Positions 10,661 through 20,123 of a stretch of 64,000 nucleotides of DNA are shown here, in pieces. The notes below the pieces were generated by a model. The model saw only the letters and a program-made list of their open reading frames with translations. It was not told the DNA's origin and searched no databases. Position 1 is the stretch's first letter. Every line of letters begins with the position of its first letter. A program made the translations under genes and the position numbers. Where the stretch lies: NCBI GenBank assembly GCA_050260055.1, contig JBLNBO010000042.1, forward strand, positions 17,761 through 81,760. The letters are read 5' to 3'. This DNA comes from Ignavibacteriales bacterium (lineage in GTDB: Bacteria; Bacillota; Clostridia; Acetivibrionales; UBA4821).

Positions 10661-10927
10661 TAATTTAAAGTTTTATTTATTTTATTTTTATTTCTATTTT
10701 TAACTCTTGAAAAATTTGGTAATTATGATATAATATTAACGCATATTTGATGTTACAATATAAGATTTTTATCCTTGCAATAATAATTGCGGGGAACGTC
10801 CAAAAAAAGTGTACATATGATTAAACACAGTAAGTTTAGTAGTTTCTTGGGACGTAACAGGTGTTCTCAGCACAGCGGAATCATCCATGTAGGCACCCAA
10901 AAAGATGTTTAAAGAGGAGGAATTCAA

Positions 10928-12073
10928 ATGAAAAGAATTGCAAGTTGGACGTGCGCAGTGTTTCTATTCGTTTTGGCTTTTACAGCCATAAACTCTCCCC
11001 CTGCCTATTCAGCAGGAAATGTTAATATGGCCATAAATGGCAGTATCGTGGACTTCCAAGGTCAAGAACCTTTTATCGATTCTGCCACCGGCAGAACCAT
11101 GATTCCGCTTCGGATGGTTGCGGAAAAAATGGGCGCTCAGGTTTCATGGGACGGAATTGACACTGCATTAATCACAAAAGACGGTTTGACAATTTCAATG
11201 AAGGTTGGTTCGAATGCTCCGTTAGTCAACGGCAGTGTGAAGTATCTGGATGCTCCTGCCAAACTGGTAAACGGCCGTACTATGGTACCGGTTAGATTTA
11301 TCAGTGAAGCAATGGGATGTCAGGTTGAATGGAATGCTAATACCGGCTGTGTCAATATCATAACCAATGGTAACGTCGTACCGGCACCGCCAATCCCTAA
11401 TCCACCTGAATCAGCACCATATATTCCAAACCCCAGCCGCCAGCTTGTAACTCCGCGCGGCATGCTGCCAAACGAGGAAAATATTCAGAAGTCGCTGACT
11501 CAGGAAGATTTCGCCAGGCTTCGCAGTTATACCATTCGCGGCGCAAAAGTACAAAAAGATTTAGACATCGCACCTCCTGAGCTAGCAGCAACGTATACCT
11601 TTAACTTTGATACCTTCAACCCAGACCGCAGGCAAATTTACTTTAATGCTGTGAATATTGTAAATAATGGCTTTACCTTTGACTATACTAAATTTACTAG
11701 CCAAGCTTATACTGATGAATTTACAGAAAATAACTTCAAGGTCGGCAATTATAGCGCTAGTGAACTGGCTAACTTTAAAAAATATGTCACTAATAAAGTT
11801 GCCAGCAAGCTTCAGATAAAGACATACTTGCTGACTGATAAATTTCTGTTATATCAGGCTTCGCCCAAATACACAGCAATTAGAGTAATGTACATCTTTT
11901 ACCAATCAAATGGTACAAAGCTAGAAGAGCCGGGTTCATCTATCGGAAAATGGTATAAACAGGACATTGACCTATTGTTTGTAACACCCTTAGGCACCCC
12001 TCCTGGAAATACTACGGGGGTAATATATGTCGGTATGCAGCCACTTAGTGCTCCGCAGCCATATTTTAAATGA
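10928..12073 (+). CDS. Secreted protein with copper amine oxidase N-terminal-like (stalk) domain
   Basis: Signal peptide. TMIPLRMVAEKMGAQVSWDG and GRTMVPVRFISEAMGCQVEWN are the repeated halves typical of the Cu_amine_oxidN1 wall-associated domain. There is a Pro-rich linker, and the C-terminal domain is homologous to that of 9412..10575. Confidence 0.65.
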   Translation: MKRIASWTCAVFLFVLAFTAINSPPAYSAGNVNMAINGSIVDFQGQEPFIDSATGRTMIPLRMVAEKMGAQVSWDGIDTALITKDGLTISMKVGSNAPLVNGSVKYLDAPAKLVNGRTMVPVRFISEAMGCQVEWNANTGCVNIITNGNVVPAPPIPNPPESAPYIPNPSRQLVTPRGMLPNEENIQKSLTQEDFARLRSYTIRGAKVQKDLDIAPPELAATYTFNFDTFNPDRRQIYFNAVNIVNNGFTFDYTKFTSQAYTDEFTENNFKVGNYSASELANFKKYVTNKVASKLQIKTYLLTDKFLLYQASPKYTAIRVMYIFYQSNGTKLEEPGSSIGKWYKQDIDLLFVTPLGTPPGNTTGVIYVGMQPLSAPQPYFK

Positions 12074-12104
12074 TGTTTTATACCATATTCGAATATTTTC
12101 TTAG

Positions 12105-12142
12105 ACTGCTGTTAAATTTTATTTAACAGCAGTTTTTCTTTT
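12105..12142 (+). terminator. Intrinsic terminator
   Basis: ACTGCTGTTAAA pairs with TTTAACAGCAGT, followed by TTTTTCTTTT. Confidence 0.75.
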
Positions 12143-12266
12143 ATACAAACTACTAAAAAAATGTTATAATCAGGCGAAATATTTCAAAAATAATGTTATA
12201 ATTATAATAAGAGGATAATAATGTTAACTTCTTAAATATAAAATTATTTCTAAAAGGGTGATCTTG

Positions 12267-14444
12267 ATGAAGAAACGGGTATTTTTGCTATCTTTTGCTT
12301 TCATGATACTTTTTATATTTACAATGAATTATTCATGCTTCGCATCTGGATACGAGAATTCGTATGGTTTGACAATTAATTACGATAATAACAATTTTCC
12401 TATCGGCTTTACATCCAATGTCCAAGATACACCGCCTAGATCATCGGTACATTATCGAACTGCTATAGCCAGTTATAATATTACTGCTTATACAGATGCA
12501 AGCTGTAATAATGCTGTCGATCCCAATGGCATAACAATTATTAATGCTCCTGTTGCGTGGGATCCAAACATCTCTACGGAATATTCAGGTATTTTTCCTG
12601 GAAATATTACTCAATACTTTAACAATAATCCTACTTGTTATTTTAAAATGGTTTTATTTCCAGTTGTTCAGGCTTACTTTACCAAGCCGAATACATCGGT
12701 TGCATTACGTTCAATACCTTTAAATGAACATGTTAATCATCCAGATGATCAATGGGGTTATCATACAAATTTTCCTGGTGATAGCAGAGCATATTCTGAT
12801 ACAAATATAGTTATCGAATCCTTTAGCTGCAAGGATAGTGTTTTTTGGAGCCACCTGGATTGGATGGATGGTTCTGAATACTCTATAAACACCAGATTCC
12901 AAGAACAAAGTCTAGTTATTCCTCCTCCAACTCCTAGCCCTCGTATCACATTTTTAGAATTTGTTGGTTCACAATATACTAAAATAGAAGACGAAAAATG
13001 GGAATGCAGTAATATGCCTGTTTCTGCAACCAACGATATTCAATTTAAATATAAGATTGAAAGTAAGGCGGTACCAGTAGCATCATATAACGGTCAAAAT
13101 CCTAGAACACCTGACTTTATAGTTGCAATTTACAAGAAAGACCCTTATTCTGATAATTATATAGATCGTAAAGATATGCTTACCTCACCTTCCCCAGTAT
13201 ATGAAGCATCTGCCAGAAGATATCTTGCTCCTAATACTGGTACTAATGGTCGTTCAGCCAGCTGTTCTGAAGTTATCAATGTAGGTACAGGCTATACTGC
13301 TTCATTTAATTTGGATACTTCCACTCTCACGCCTGGTAAATATAAGGTGAGTTTGGTTATTAATGACCCAACTAGCCCAACAAATCATGGAATTGAACTC
13401 TATGTTCCCCAGAGGCACCATGCCGAATTTACATTTACTATCGGCAGTGGTTTAAATCTTGCTATTACTGGCATTACTGCTTCAAGCCCAAATCTTTTAC
13501 CTGGGCAAACATATACCGCAACTGCAAAATATAGTGTATCAGGCTCCTTCCCTGCCGGAGCAAAAGTAACCGGTTTAAGAAAGCTTCCTGCACCAGTGGA
13601 TACAACAGTAAATAATCAATTTGCTGCCAATTCTACTTCAGGAACCGGGCTGTCACCATCCGCAGTTCCTATGACAGAAGGAAATAACTATATATTTCAA
13701 TTCCCTTTTACTGTTCCTGCTAATATTCCTGTCGGTGACAAAATTACCTTAAGGGCCGAAATAATACCTGTAGATAATACTGTTGTTGAGACCATCCCAT
13801 ATGATTCCAACCCTGCGCTAACTGATAACGTAAAAGAAGTTGAGTTGGAGGTAATTAGTGATAGCGCAGATACAGCTGGCTATTTGAACGTTGGAATTCT
13901 GCCAGCGTCAGAAATGCTTAAATATTTTAAAGATCAGGTCAGAGTAAATTCATATTGGTATCCTATGGGAAACAGCAACTTCACTGATTGCTCCTGGGAT
14001 CCTCAAGCTACCAATCCTGTAAACTCTTCCGGCACAGCTTATCTTGGGGAACCAACTGTTAATATAAAAACTCAGAGCGTCAGTGGAACGACTACCTTAT
14101 CCGGTGATACAAGCAAGTATCACGCAGGCTCTCCTCCAACCTATGAGTTGTATTGCGCTAATACTGGTAGTAATACACTAGTTGAACGCTTTGAAGATAC
14201 GGATAACGACAAAATCCTTGATAAATATTCTGATGCCGATAGCGATGGTACTCCTGATAAAGATGAAATCATAGAATTAAGCTGTCAGACAGATTCTCAT
14301 ACCGCCAATCATCAAAACCAATTAGATTTTGGGACCAATCCAAACCATGACCATAATTCACATAGCCATGGCGGTACCAGCTTTGGAAACTTCAGCGGTC
14401 CTGATGAAGGCGGCTGCACTAATATTGGAGAAGATTACCCATAA
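12267..14444 (+). CDS. Large secreted protein of unknown function with acidic Asp-repeat and His-rich C-terminus
   Basis: The ATG at 12267 (MKKRVFLL..) has RBS AAGGGTG, whereas the track start at 12258 is a GTG. It has a signal peptide. The C-terminal DTDNDKILDKYSDADSDGTPDKDE resembles TSP3-like calcium-binding repeats. The tail is HTANHQNQLDFGTNPNHDHNSHSHGG. Confidence 0.5.
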   Translation: MKKRVFLLSFAFMILFIFTMNYSCFASGYENSYGLTINYDNNNFPIGFTSNVQDTPPRSSVHYRTAIASYNITAYTDASCNNAVDPNGITIINAPVAWDPNISTEYSGIFPGNITQYFNNNPTCYFKMVLFPVVQAYFTKPNTSVALRSIPLNEHVNHPDDQWGYHTNFPGDSRAYSDTNIVIESFSCKDSVFWSHLDWMDGSEYSINTRFQEQSLVIPPPTPSPRITFLEFVGSQYTKIEDEKWECSNMPVSATNDIQFKYKIESKAVPVASYNGQNPRTPDFIVAIYKKDPYSDNYIDRKDMLTSPSPVYEASARRYLAPNTGTNGRSASCSEVINVGTGYTASFNLDTSTLTPGKYKVSLVINDPTSPTNHGIELYVPQRHHAEFTFTIGSGLNLAITGITASSPNLLPGQTYTATAKYSVSGSFPAGAKVTGLRKLPAPVDTTVNNQFAANSTSGTGLSPSAVPMTEGNNYIFQFPFTVPANIPVGDKITLRAEIIPVDNTVVETIPYDSNPALTDNVKEVELEVISDSADTAGYLNVGILPASEMLKYFKDQVRVNSYWYPMGNSNFTDCSWDPQATNPVNSSGTAYLGEPTVNIKTQSVSGTTTLSGDTSKYHAGSPPTYELYCANTGSNTLVERFEDTDNDKILDKYSDADSDGTPDKDEIIELSCQTDSHTANHQNQLDFGTNPNHDHNSHSHGGTSFGNFSGPDEGGCTNIGEDYP

Positions 14445-14473
14445 TCTAGAATTATATCTTTATACTATATAAA

Positions 14474-14520
14474 TAAAAAATATCCCGATTGTTTAACAAC
14501 AATCGGGATATTTTTTATTT
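14474..14520. terminator. Bidirectional intrinsic terminator between convergent genes
   Basis: ATATCCCGATTGTT (14480-14493) pairs with AACAATCGGGATAT (14498-14511), flanked by an A-run and a T-run. Confidence 0.8.
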
Positions 14521-14545
14521 ATAATTATTCAATTTCAAGTATCAG

Positions 14546-16429
14546 TTACCTTTGTTGAGAGCTGTAATCGTTTAGTGCAGTCCAGTCAAGGTTATAAAAG
14601 AATACTGCATCTCCTCCTAATCCACCTTGAGCCTTGCCCTTATTAGTGAAATGATAAATATTATTACCAGCCAATACATTAGGAGCAGCAGAATCAAGCG
14701 TACCTTGAATATCAAAGGCAACTTTTATCAAGCCTTTCTTCTGTAATGTGTTAAGCTTGGCAATCTGTTCCGGTGTAGTATATTGAGCCGGATTAATATT
14801 TGAGGGATAGGCTTTAACATTCGGCGGTAAATAGTATACAAAGCTCCACTTTTTTACCTCTTCATTAGCATTAGTAGAAACTAATGTAATTTGCTTCTGA
14901 ATCGTTTCAGTCCCTGGTATTGTTTTAGTAGGATCATTCCTGTTAATAATAATCGGTGAATACTGTGATCCCCAATATACATAATTTGATAAAGGAATAT
15001 TGTATTTTCTATTATTGACTTCATCATAATATAATTTTATCGACTGCCCATCGCAAGTATAGCTTGGAGTAATTTTTATTGAACTGAAATAGGCGCCAGC
15101 ATCCGCTATAGGAGCACCATCAAAATCAGTAGAATCTATTGCGAACTCGAGCATATATCCCAGTGAAATATGTCTGTTATTAGCTTGCCTGTTGGTCTTA
15201 TAAGGCATTTCATTAACGCCAAACCCTACTGCTGGCACAGCATTTTTCCAATAGATATCCAGAACCTTATTTATTTTAAAATTATTTAATTTAGGCTGTT
15301 TGACATTAAAGTTTATATCACTTGGCAAGTTCTCAGCGGGTATACCCGAGCCGGGTGGTATAATTTTTTCTGTATAACTTTTATCATTAAAATCCCATGC
15401 ATTCACTACGCTGATAGTACCACCCTGGGATGTTGAGTTCGGTTGAGGTTCAGAAAACAACCCATAACTTTTAAGTTGAAACTTAAAAGTCCATTTTACT
15501 ATATCGCCATTATTTCCACCTGAAGGGGTTACCTTTTCTACTGTACATCCAATATCCCTTATTTCAGAAATACTAGAAGCATTAGTACTAGTATTAGCAA
15601 TTTTCATATCAGGATCATCAAAGTTTAAATTATTATCAGCAACACCTACACTTCCAGTATGCCTTATTAAATCTATATTAGCATCTCCTGCATCTCCACT
15701 AATTTTAATTCTTAATTTTTTGGTATATGCACTGGTATAAAACTCTACCGTATTCGCATCATTATAATATGTAGCAGTTGTTGCGCCTCCAAAATTTCCA
15801 TTGAATTGTGTAACATAAGGAGAAGTAATATCGTGATATGTCCCATTCGTACTATGAGTAGAGTCGGCGGTAAAATAATTAAATATCGGGGTATATATAG
15901 AATACTGAATACCTGCATATTGGACTTCATTGCCTTCTTGCACTATTCTGTTATTAAAAACAAAATCATTTGTATAATTCTTATCAATTACATTTCTATA
16001 TATATCTAAATTATCCTCATTACTTCTGAAGTTATAAAAATGATATCTTGACTGAGTATTCTCGCTTGCCGTATCACAATGTGCAACACATTCGCATTCG
16101 CACTCGCATTCACATTCGCATTCGCACTCACATTCACATTCACATTCACAATCACAAACACAGCAATCATCACATCCACATTGACAGCAATCATCACATC
16201 CGCATTGGCAGCAGCAGTCACTTGTAACAGCCAATAACATTGAGTCATCCTCAGTCAGTGCCAATTCATCATTTCCTCCCATATTATCATCAAAATCAAA
16301 ACCTGTAGGAAATGAAGTATTTAATAATTCTGTTTGCTCCTCACATTTCTGTTCCTGTGCAAATGCAGATAAGGGTGAATGTAGTCTCGTCATAAGAAAT
16401 ATTAAAAGTAGAACCTTATTCCCTTTCAT
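14546..16429 (-). CDS. Secreted 627-aa protein with N-terminal Cys/Asp/Glu-rich module (candidate radical SAM substrate)
   Basis: Signal peptide MKGNKVLLLIFLMTRLHSPLSAFA, then an acidic stretch. Residues 72-116 read CCCQCGCDDCCQCGCDDCCVCDCECECECECECECECECECECVAHC. The remaining ~500 aa are Asn/Thr/Tyr-rich with few Cys. It is on the same strand as, and 109 nt downstream of, the radical SAM array. Confidence 0.7.
   Translation of the reverse strand: MKGNKVLLLIFLMTRLHSPLSAFAQEQKCEEQTELLNTSFPTGFDFDDNMGGNDELALTEDDSMLLAVTSDCCCQCGCDDCCQCGCDDCCVCDCECECECECECECECECECECVAHCDTASENTQSRYHFYNFRSNEDNLDIYRNVIDKNYTNDFVFNNRIVQEGNEVQYAGIQYSIYTPIFNYFTADSTHSTNGTYHDITSPYVTQFNGNFGGATTATYYNDANTVEFYTSAYTKKLRIKISGDAGDANIDLIRHTGSVGVADNNLNFDDPDMKIANTSTNASSISEIRDIGCTVEKVTPSGGNNGDIVKWTFKFQLKSYGLFSEPQPNSTSQGGTISVVNAWDFNDKSYTEKIIPPGSGIPAENLPSDINFNVKQPKLNNFKINKVLDIYWKNAVPAVGFGVNEMPYKTNRQANNRHISLGYMLEFAIDSTDFDGAPIADAGAYFSSIKITPSYTCDGQSIKLYYDEVNNRKYNIPLSNYVYWGSQYSPIIINRNDPTKTIPGTETIQKQITLVSTNANEEVKKWSFVYYLPPNVKAYPSNINPAQYTTPEQIAKLNTLQKKGLIKVAFDIQGTLDSAAPNVLAGNNIYHFTNKGKAQGGLGGDAVFFYNLDWTALNDYSSQQR
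16082..16216 (-). repeat. Coding repeat: two CCQCGCDD units plus a (Cys-Glu)n tract
   Basis: Imperfect hexanucleotide TGY-GAR repeat on the minus strand, with 23 Cys codons in 45 codons. Synonymous TGT/TGC and GAA/GAG codons are interleaved. Confidence 0.9.
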
Positions 16430-16538
16430 TCAAATCCCCCTCGTATAAAAATATATCAAAAATATTATAATACTCTAAATTTATTATAACGCAAAATCTG
16501 CCAACAGTAAATAAATTATCAAATTGCTTTGGCAATAA

Positions 16539-17717
16539 TTAGTTTAAAGCCTCAATAAATGTAAGTTCATTGCATTTATTATGTTGAAATTTGTCATAGA
16601 GCTTATCAAACTTCTTTTTTGTTTCAATTAGAAAATTCCATTTTGCTTTATACATTGAACACACTAATGGATTACACTTTAATACGTCATTACATTGTTC
16701 ATAATTTGACGCTAAACATATTTTACATATTGTAGCACAATCACCACAACTATTATTACCTGCATGCATATTGCTTCTATAAGCATCAAAAAAGGTCTTT
16801 CTACTCTCATTATCAATAATGCCATCATATACATTTCCGAGTTTGAAGCTTCGATTGTAAAAATAGGTCCTATGGCAAGGATATATATCTCCATTTGCGG
16901 TAACTGAGCAAAATTTCTTACCTGCTTCACAAGTTTTTGGAGGAACATTAAAAGATTTTATTTTAATTAAATTCGCATCTTCATAAGGCTTTAACGAACC
17001 TGTAGATATGCATTCTTTATATACATAATCAGCAATTAGTGATAATTGTTCTATATAAATTGAAACATCGTTTTCATTCCAAGCTTCTTCATTGGATAAC
17101 ATGAATTCAGACCTTTTTACTCCAAGCTGTTTAAAGTATTTATAACTTGAAAAAAACTTAGAAATGTTATCCTTTGTAATTACTGAATGTGTATGAAAAG
17201 AAGAAGCATTTATTTTATTTTCTTCTAAAAACGTTTTTAGTTTTAAAATATTTTTTACAACCATCTCTGAAGTTAGTTTACCATTTGCAGTTATTCTATT
17301 TTTATCCTGAACCTCTGGAATCCCATCAATTGAAATTTGAATGTTGACACTTTTAGTAGTTTTATACCAATCTAAAATAAACTCTTCGAATTTCTTATTA
17401 TATATTGTACCATTCGTAATAATTGAAAAAAACAGCCCCATATTGCATTGTTTTGCTCTATCTACAACATAATTGAAAAATTTTATCATTACATCAAGAT
17501 TAAGAAGCGGTTCTCCTCCAAAGAAAGTTAACCTAAGCTTCTTCACACCGTTTTTTAACGCATTCTCAATCAAAAATTCAGCTGTCTTTTTTGCAGTCTC
17601 AAAAGACATATAGCTTTCAGTACATCTATTACCATTTTCGTAACAGTACTTGCATCGCAAATTACAATCTTCAGTAAGAATTAAATAACATGATGAGAAT
17701 GGTGAATTTTCAATCAT
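16539..17717 (-). CDS. Radical SAM/SPASM-domain maturase paralogue (anSME-like architecture)
   Basis: TEDCNLRCKYCYE (CX3CX2C at C18/C22/C25), FFGGEPLL, and a C-terminal auxiliary-cluster block CEAGKKFCSVTANGDIYPCH...CGDCATICKIC...CNPLVC. Confidence 0.85.
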   Translation of the reverse strand: MIENSPFSSCYLILTEDCNLRCKYCYENGNRCTESYMSFETAKKTAEFLIENALKNGVKKLRLTFFGGEPLLNLDVMIKFFNYVVDRAKQCNMGLFFSIITNGTIYNKKFEEFILDWYKTTKSVNIQISIDGIPEVQDKNRITANGKLTSEMVVKNILKLKTFLEENKINASSFHTHSVITKDNISKFFSSYKYFKQLGVKRSEFMLSNEEAWNENDVSIYIEQLSLIADYVYKECISTGSLKPYEDANLIKIKSFNVPPKTCEAGKKFCSVTANGDIYPCHRTYFYNRSFKLGNVYDGIIDNESRKTFFDAYRSNMHAGNNSCGDCATICKICLASNYEQCNDVLKCNPLVCSMYKAKWNFLIETKKKFDKLYDKFQHNKCNELTFIEALN

Positions 17718-17718
17718 T

Positions 17719-18804
17719 TTAAGAACTCCTTTTTGAGGGTAATTGATAATTTTTCTTTAGCAAATCATATAATTTATTTTGAAATACACAAAACTCCTCA
17801 GGTATTTCACTAAAATCTCCATATATAAAATAATTCGTTGCAAAGCAGACATAACATCTGTTTCTAATTTCCGGTTTACACTCTCTGCATTTTTTAGGAA
17901 ATATATTATAATTATTTTTTTCTTGAATAAATTCTCTTTTTTCAGCATCTACCCCTTTTTCAACATCGCCCATAATGAATAAATCGTCATCGCAAAAAGC
18001 ATTGCGGCACTTGTGGCAGGGATATATTTTCCCACTAGGAGCCGCTGAAAAACCGCAGATTCCAGCCCCGCAGCAGCTATTTATTTCATAGGGATTTGTA
18101 ACTGCACAGATTTGTTCCGTATTTGTAACAGAAAAATTCCGGCTGTGTTCGACAGTATGCTTTTGAAGCTTGACTATGTCTTGGGTTAGATACTCAATAT
18201 CCTCACTTTCCCAATAATCACTATGGTCAAAAATGCTGTAGTTGTAAAACCCCGAATAGTCATAAAGAAAAAGAAGAACCTTTGCAAAATATTTGACACT
18301 TCTTTTCTTAATAATTGATGTTAGATTCATTTTCACACCATATTTTACACTTAGAGCAACCAAATACTTCAATTCATTATAAATAGGGTTATTTCTATCG
18401 TTATATTTAATATCTGAATCTATATCGTACCCATAGGTCTGGATACTGATATGGAGCTTTGGTCCCAAAGTTTTAAAGAATTCCATCTTTTTCTCATCAA
18501 TATCTGTTTGATGAATGGATATGGAGTATATAGGGGTATTACCTTTATAATTTTTAAATCTGTCAAATGATTCCGTATATTCAATAACTTTTTTTATTAC
18601 ATCAAAATTTTCAAGTCCTTTTTTCATAACAAAAGATATCGTTGCTTTAATAACTTCTTCTGTTAATTGATTTAGAAACAAATCTACAGCTTTTCGGGCT
18701 GTATCCCAGCTCATTATCTCAGCACTATCTATCTCTTCAGAAACAACCAAAGTCAAATCCCAAAACGGTTTTGTATTCATTATTATCTGATTATCACTAT
18801 TCAT
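17719..18804 (-). CDS. Degenerate radical SAM/SPASM paralogue lacking the CX3CX2C SAM-cluster motif
   Basis: 361 aa. The position aligned to the CX3CX2C of its neighbours reads VVSEEIDSAEIMSW. A Cys-rich C-terminal block is retained (CCGAGICGFSAAPSGKIYPCHKC...CRECKPEIRNRCYVC). Its stop abuts the start of the next gene. Confidence 0.7.
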   Translation of the reverse strand: MNSDNQIIMNTKPFWDLTLVVSEEIDSAEIMSWDTARKAVDLFLNQLTEEVIKATISFVMKKGLENFDVIKKVIEYTESFDRFKNYKGNTPIYSISIHQTDIDEKKMEFFKTLGPKLHISIQTYGYDIDSDIKYNDRNNPIYNELKYLVALSVKYGVKMNLTSIIKKRSVKYFAKVLLFLYDYSGFYNYSIFDHSDYWESEDIEYLTQDIVKLQKHTVEHSRNFSVTNTEQICAVTNPYEINSCCGAGICGFSAAPSGKIYPCHKCRNAFCDDDLFIMGDVEKGVDAEKREFIQEKNNYNIFPKKCRECKPEIRNRCYVCFATNYFIYGDFSEIPEEFCVFQNKLYDLLKKNYQLPSKRSS

Positions 18805-18847
18805 ATGAGTCCCCCTATAATCATCAAAGAAATTATTGACTTCAATA

Positions 18848-18876
18848 AGTATATGTCAAAATATCTTATCATTCAA
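18848..18876 (-). promoter_or_regulatory. Sigma-A-type promoter upstream of the degenerate paralogue
   Basis: Minus strand TTGAAT (18871-18876), 17 nt spacer, TATACT (18848-18853). Confidence 0.55.
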
Positions 18877-18921
18877 GATATTTAGGTATCCATTTTACAA
18901 TAAGTCCTATATTAAAACCAA

Positions 18922-20097
18922 TTATAAATTTCTAGTATTGAAAAAAGTCATTTCATTGCATTTTTTATAATCAAGTTTGTAAGTAAGCTTATTAAATTTC
19001 TTTTTTGTTTCAATCACGAAATTTGATTTTGCCTTATACATTGAACAAACTAAAGGATTACACTTTAGAAAATCATTATATTTCTCATAATTGTAAATCT
19101 TACATATCTTACATACAGAATTATCACATTTACCGCAACTAATATTACCAACATGCATATTATCTCTAAAGGAATCAAAGAAAAGCTTTCTTTTATTATT
19201 ATCTATAAATCCATTATGTACATTTCCGAGTATTAAATTGCGGCTTGAAAAATATGCTCTTGTGCAAGGATATATATCGCCATTCGGTGCAATTGCACAT
19301 AATAATTTTCCTGCTTCGCAAGTTTTTTTACCTATTTCGCCAAAAAGTGTACCCATATTTCTATAAGGATCTAAAAGTGCTGACATAATACATTCATTGT
19401 ATACATAATCTGAAATGAGAGATAATTGTTCAGTATAAGTAGAAATATCATTTTCATTCCAATCTTCCTCATGTGAAATCTCAAATCGAGTCTCATTTAT
19501 GCCAAGCTCTTTTAAGTATTTATAGCTTGAAAAAAGATTAGATACAGTATCTTTTGTAACCACTGAATGGGTACGTAAAGAAGAAAACTTTATCTGATTT
19601 TTTTCAAAAAACTTTTTAAGCTTTAATATGTTTTCGAGAATAATTCCTGAAGTTGGCTTACCATTTACAGTTGCTCTGTTTTTATCTTGTACCTCAGGAA
19701 TCCCATCAATTGAAATAATAATGCTAACTTGTTTTGTCGCTTTATACCATTCTAAAATAAACTCTTCAAACTCTTTATTATATATCGTACCATTTGTAGT
19801 AATTGAAAAATTTAATTTAATGTTATTCTCCTTTGCTTTATCTCTAACATAATGGAAAAACTTTATCATTACATCAAGATTAAGGAGTGGCTCTCCCCCA
19901 AAAAAAATCCAACTAAGCTTTTTCATGCCAAATTTTAAAGCATTGTCAAAGGATAGATCTGCAGCCTTTTTGGCTGTATCAAAAGACATGTAGTTATTAC
20001 TGCATCTATTTGTACTTTCATAACAATACTTACATCTTAGATTACAATCTTCAGTCAAGATTAGATAGCATGAAGAAAATGGAATGACTTTATTCAT
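18922..20097 (-). CDS. Radical SAM/SPASM-domain maturase paralogue
   Basis: TEDCNLRCKYCYE, FFGGEPLL, CEAGKLLCAIAPNGDIYPC and CGKCDNSVCKIC. Confidence 0.85.
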   Translation of the reverse strand: MNKVIPFSSCYLILTEDCNLRCKYCYESTNRCSNNYMSFDTAKKAADLSFDNALKFGMKKLSWIFFGGEPLLNLDVMIKFFHYVRDKAKENNIKLNFSITTNGTIYNKEFEEFILEWYKATKQVSIIISIDGIPEVQDKNRATVNGKPTSGIILENILKLKKFFEKNQIKFSSLRTHSVVTKDTVSNLFSSYKYLKELGINETRFEISHEEDWNENDISTYTEQLSLISDYVYNECIMSALLDPYRNMGTLFGEIGKKTCEAGKLLCAIAPNGDIYPCTRAYFSSRNLILGNVHNGFIDNNKRKLFFDSFRDNMHVGNISCGKCDNSVCKICKIYNYEKYNDFLKCNPLVCSMYKAKSNFVIETKKKFNKLTYKLDYKKCNEMTFFNTRNL

Positions 20098-20123
20098 ATC
20101 CTAACTCCTAATAAAATACTATT

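Noticed and set aside
10780-10927. Relatively GC-rich ~150-nt leader upstream of the copper-amine-oxidase-domain gene, considered as a riboswitch (e.g. c-di-GMP class)
   Set aside because: Only short possible pairings (ACGTCC/GGACGT, GGTG/CACC) were found. I could not match any riboswitch consensus from memory, so it is left unannotated pending a covariance-model scan.
16006-16248. Alternative minus-strand ORF and hexamer periodicity over the Cys-repeat, considered as a CRISPR or minisatellite
   Set aside because: The unit is only 6 nt with no spacers, and it lies in frame inside a long ORF with a signal peptide. It is a coding dipeptide repeat. No CRISPR-like repeat-spacer array exists anywhere in the window.
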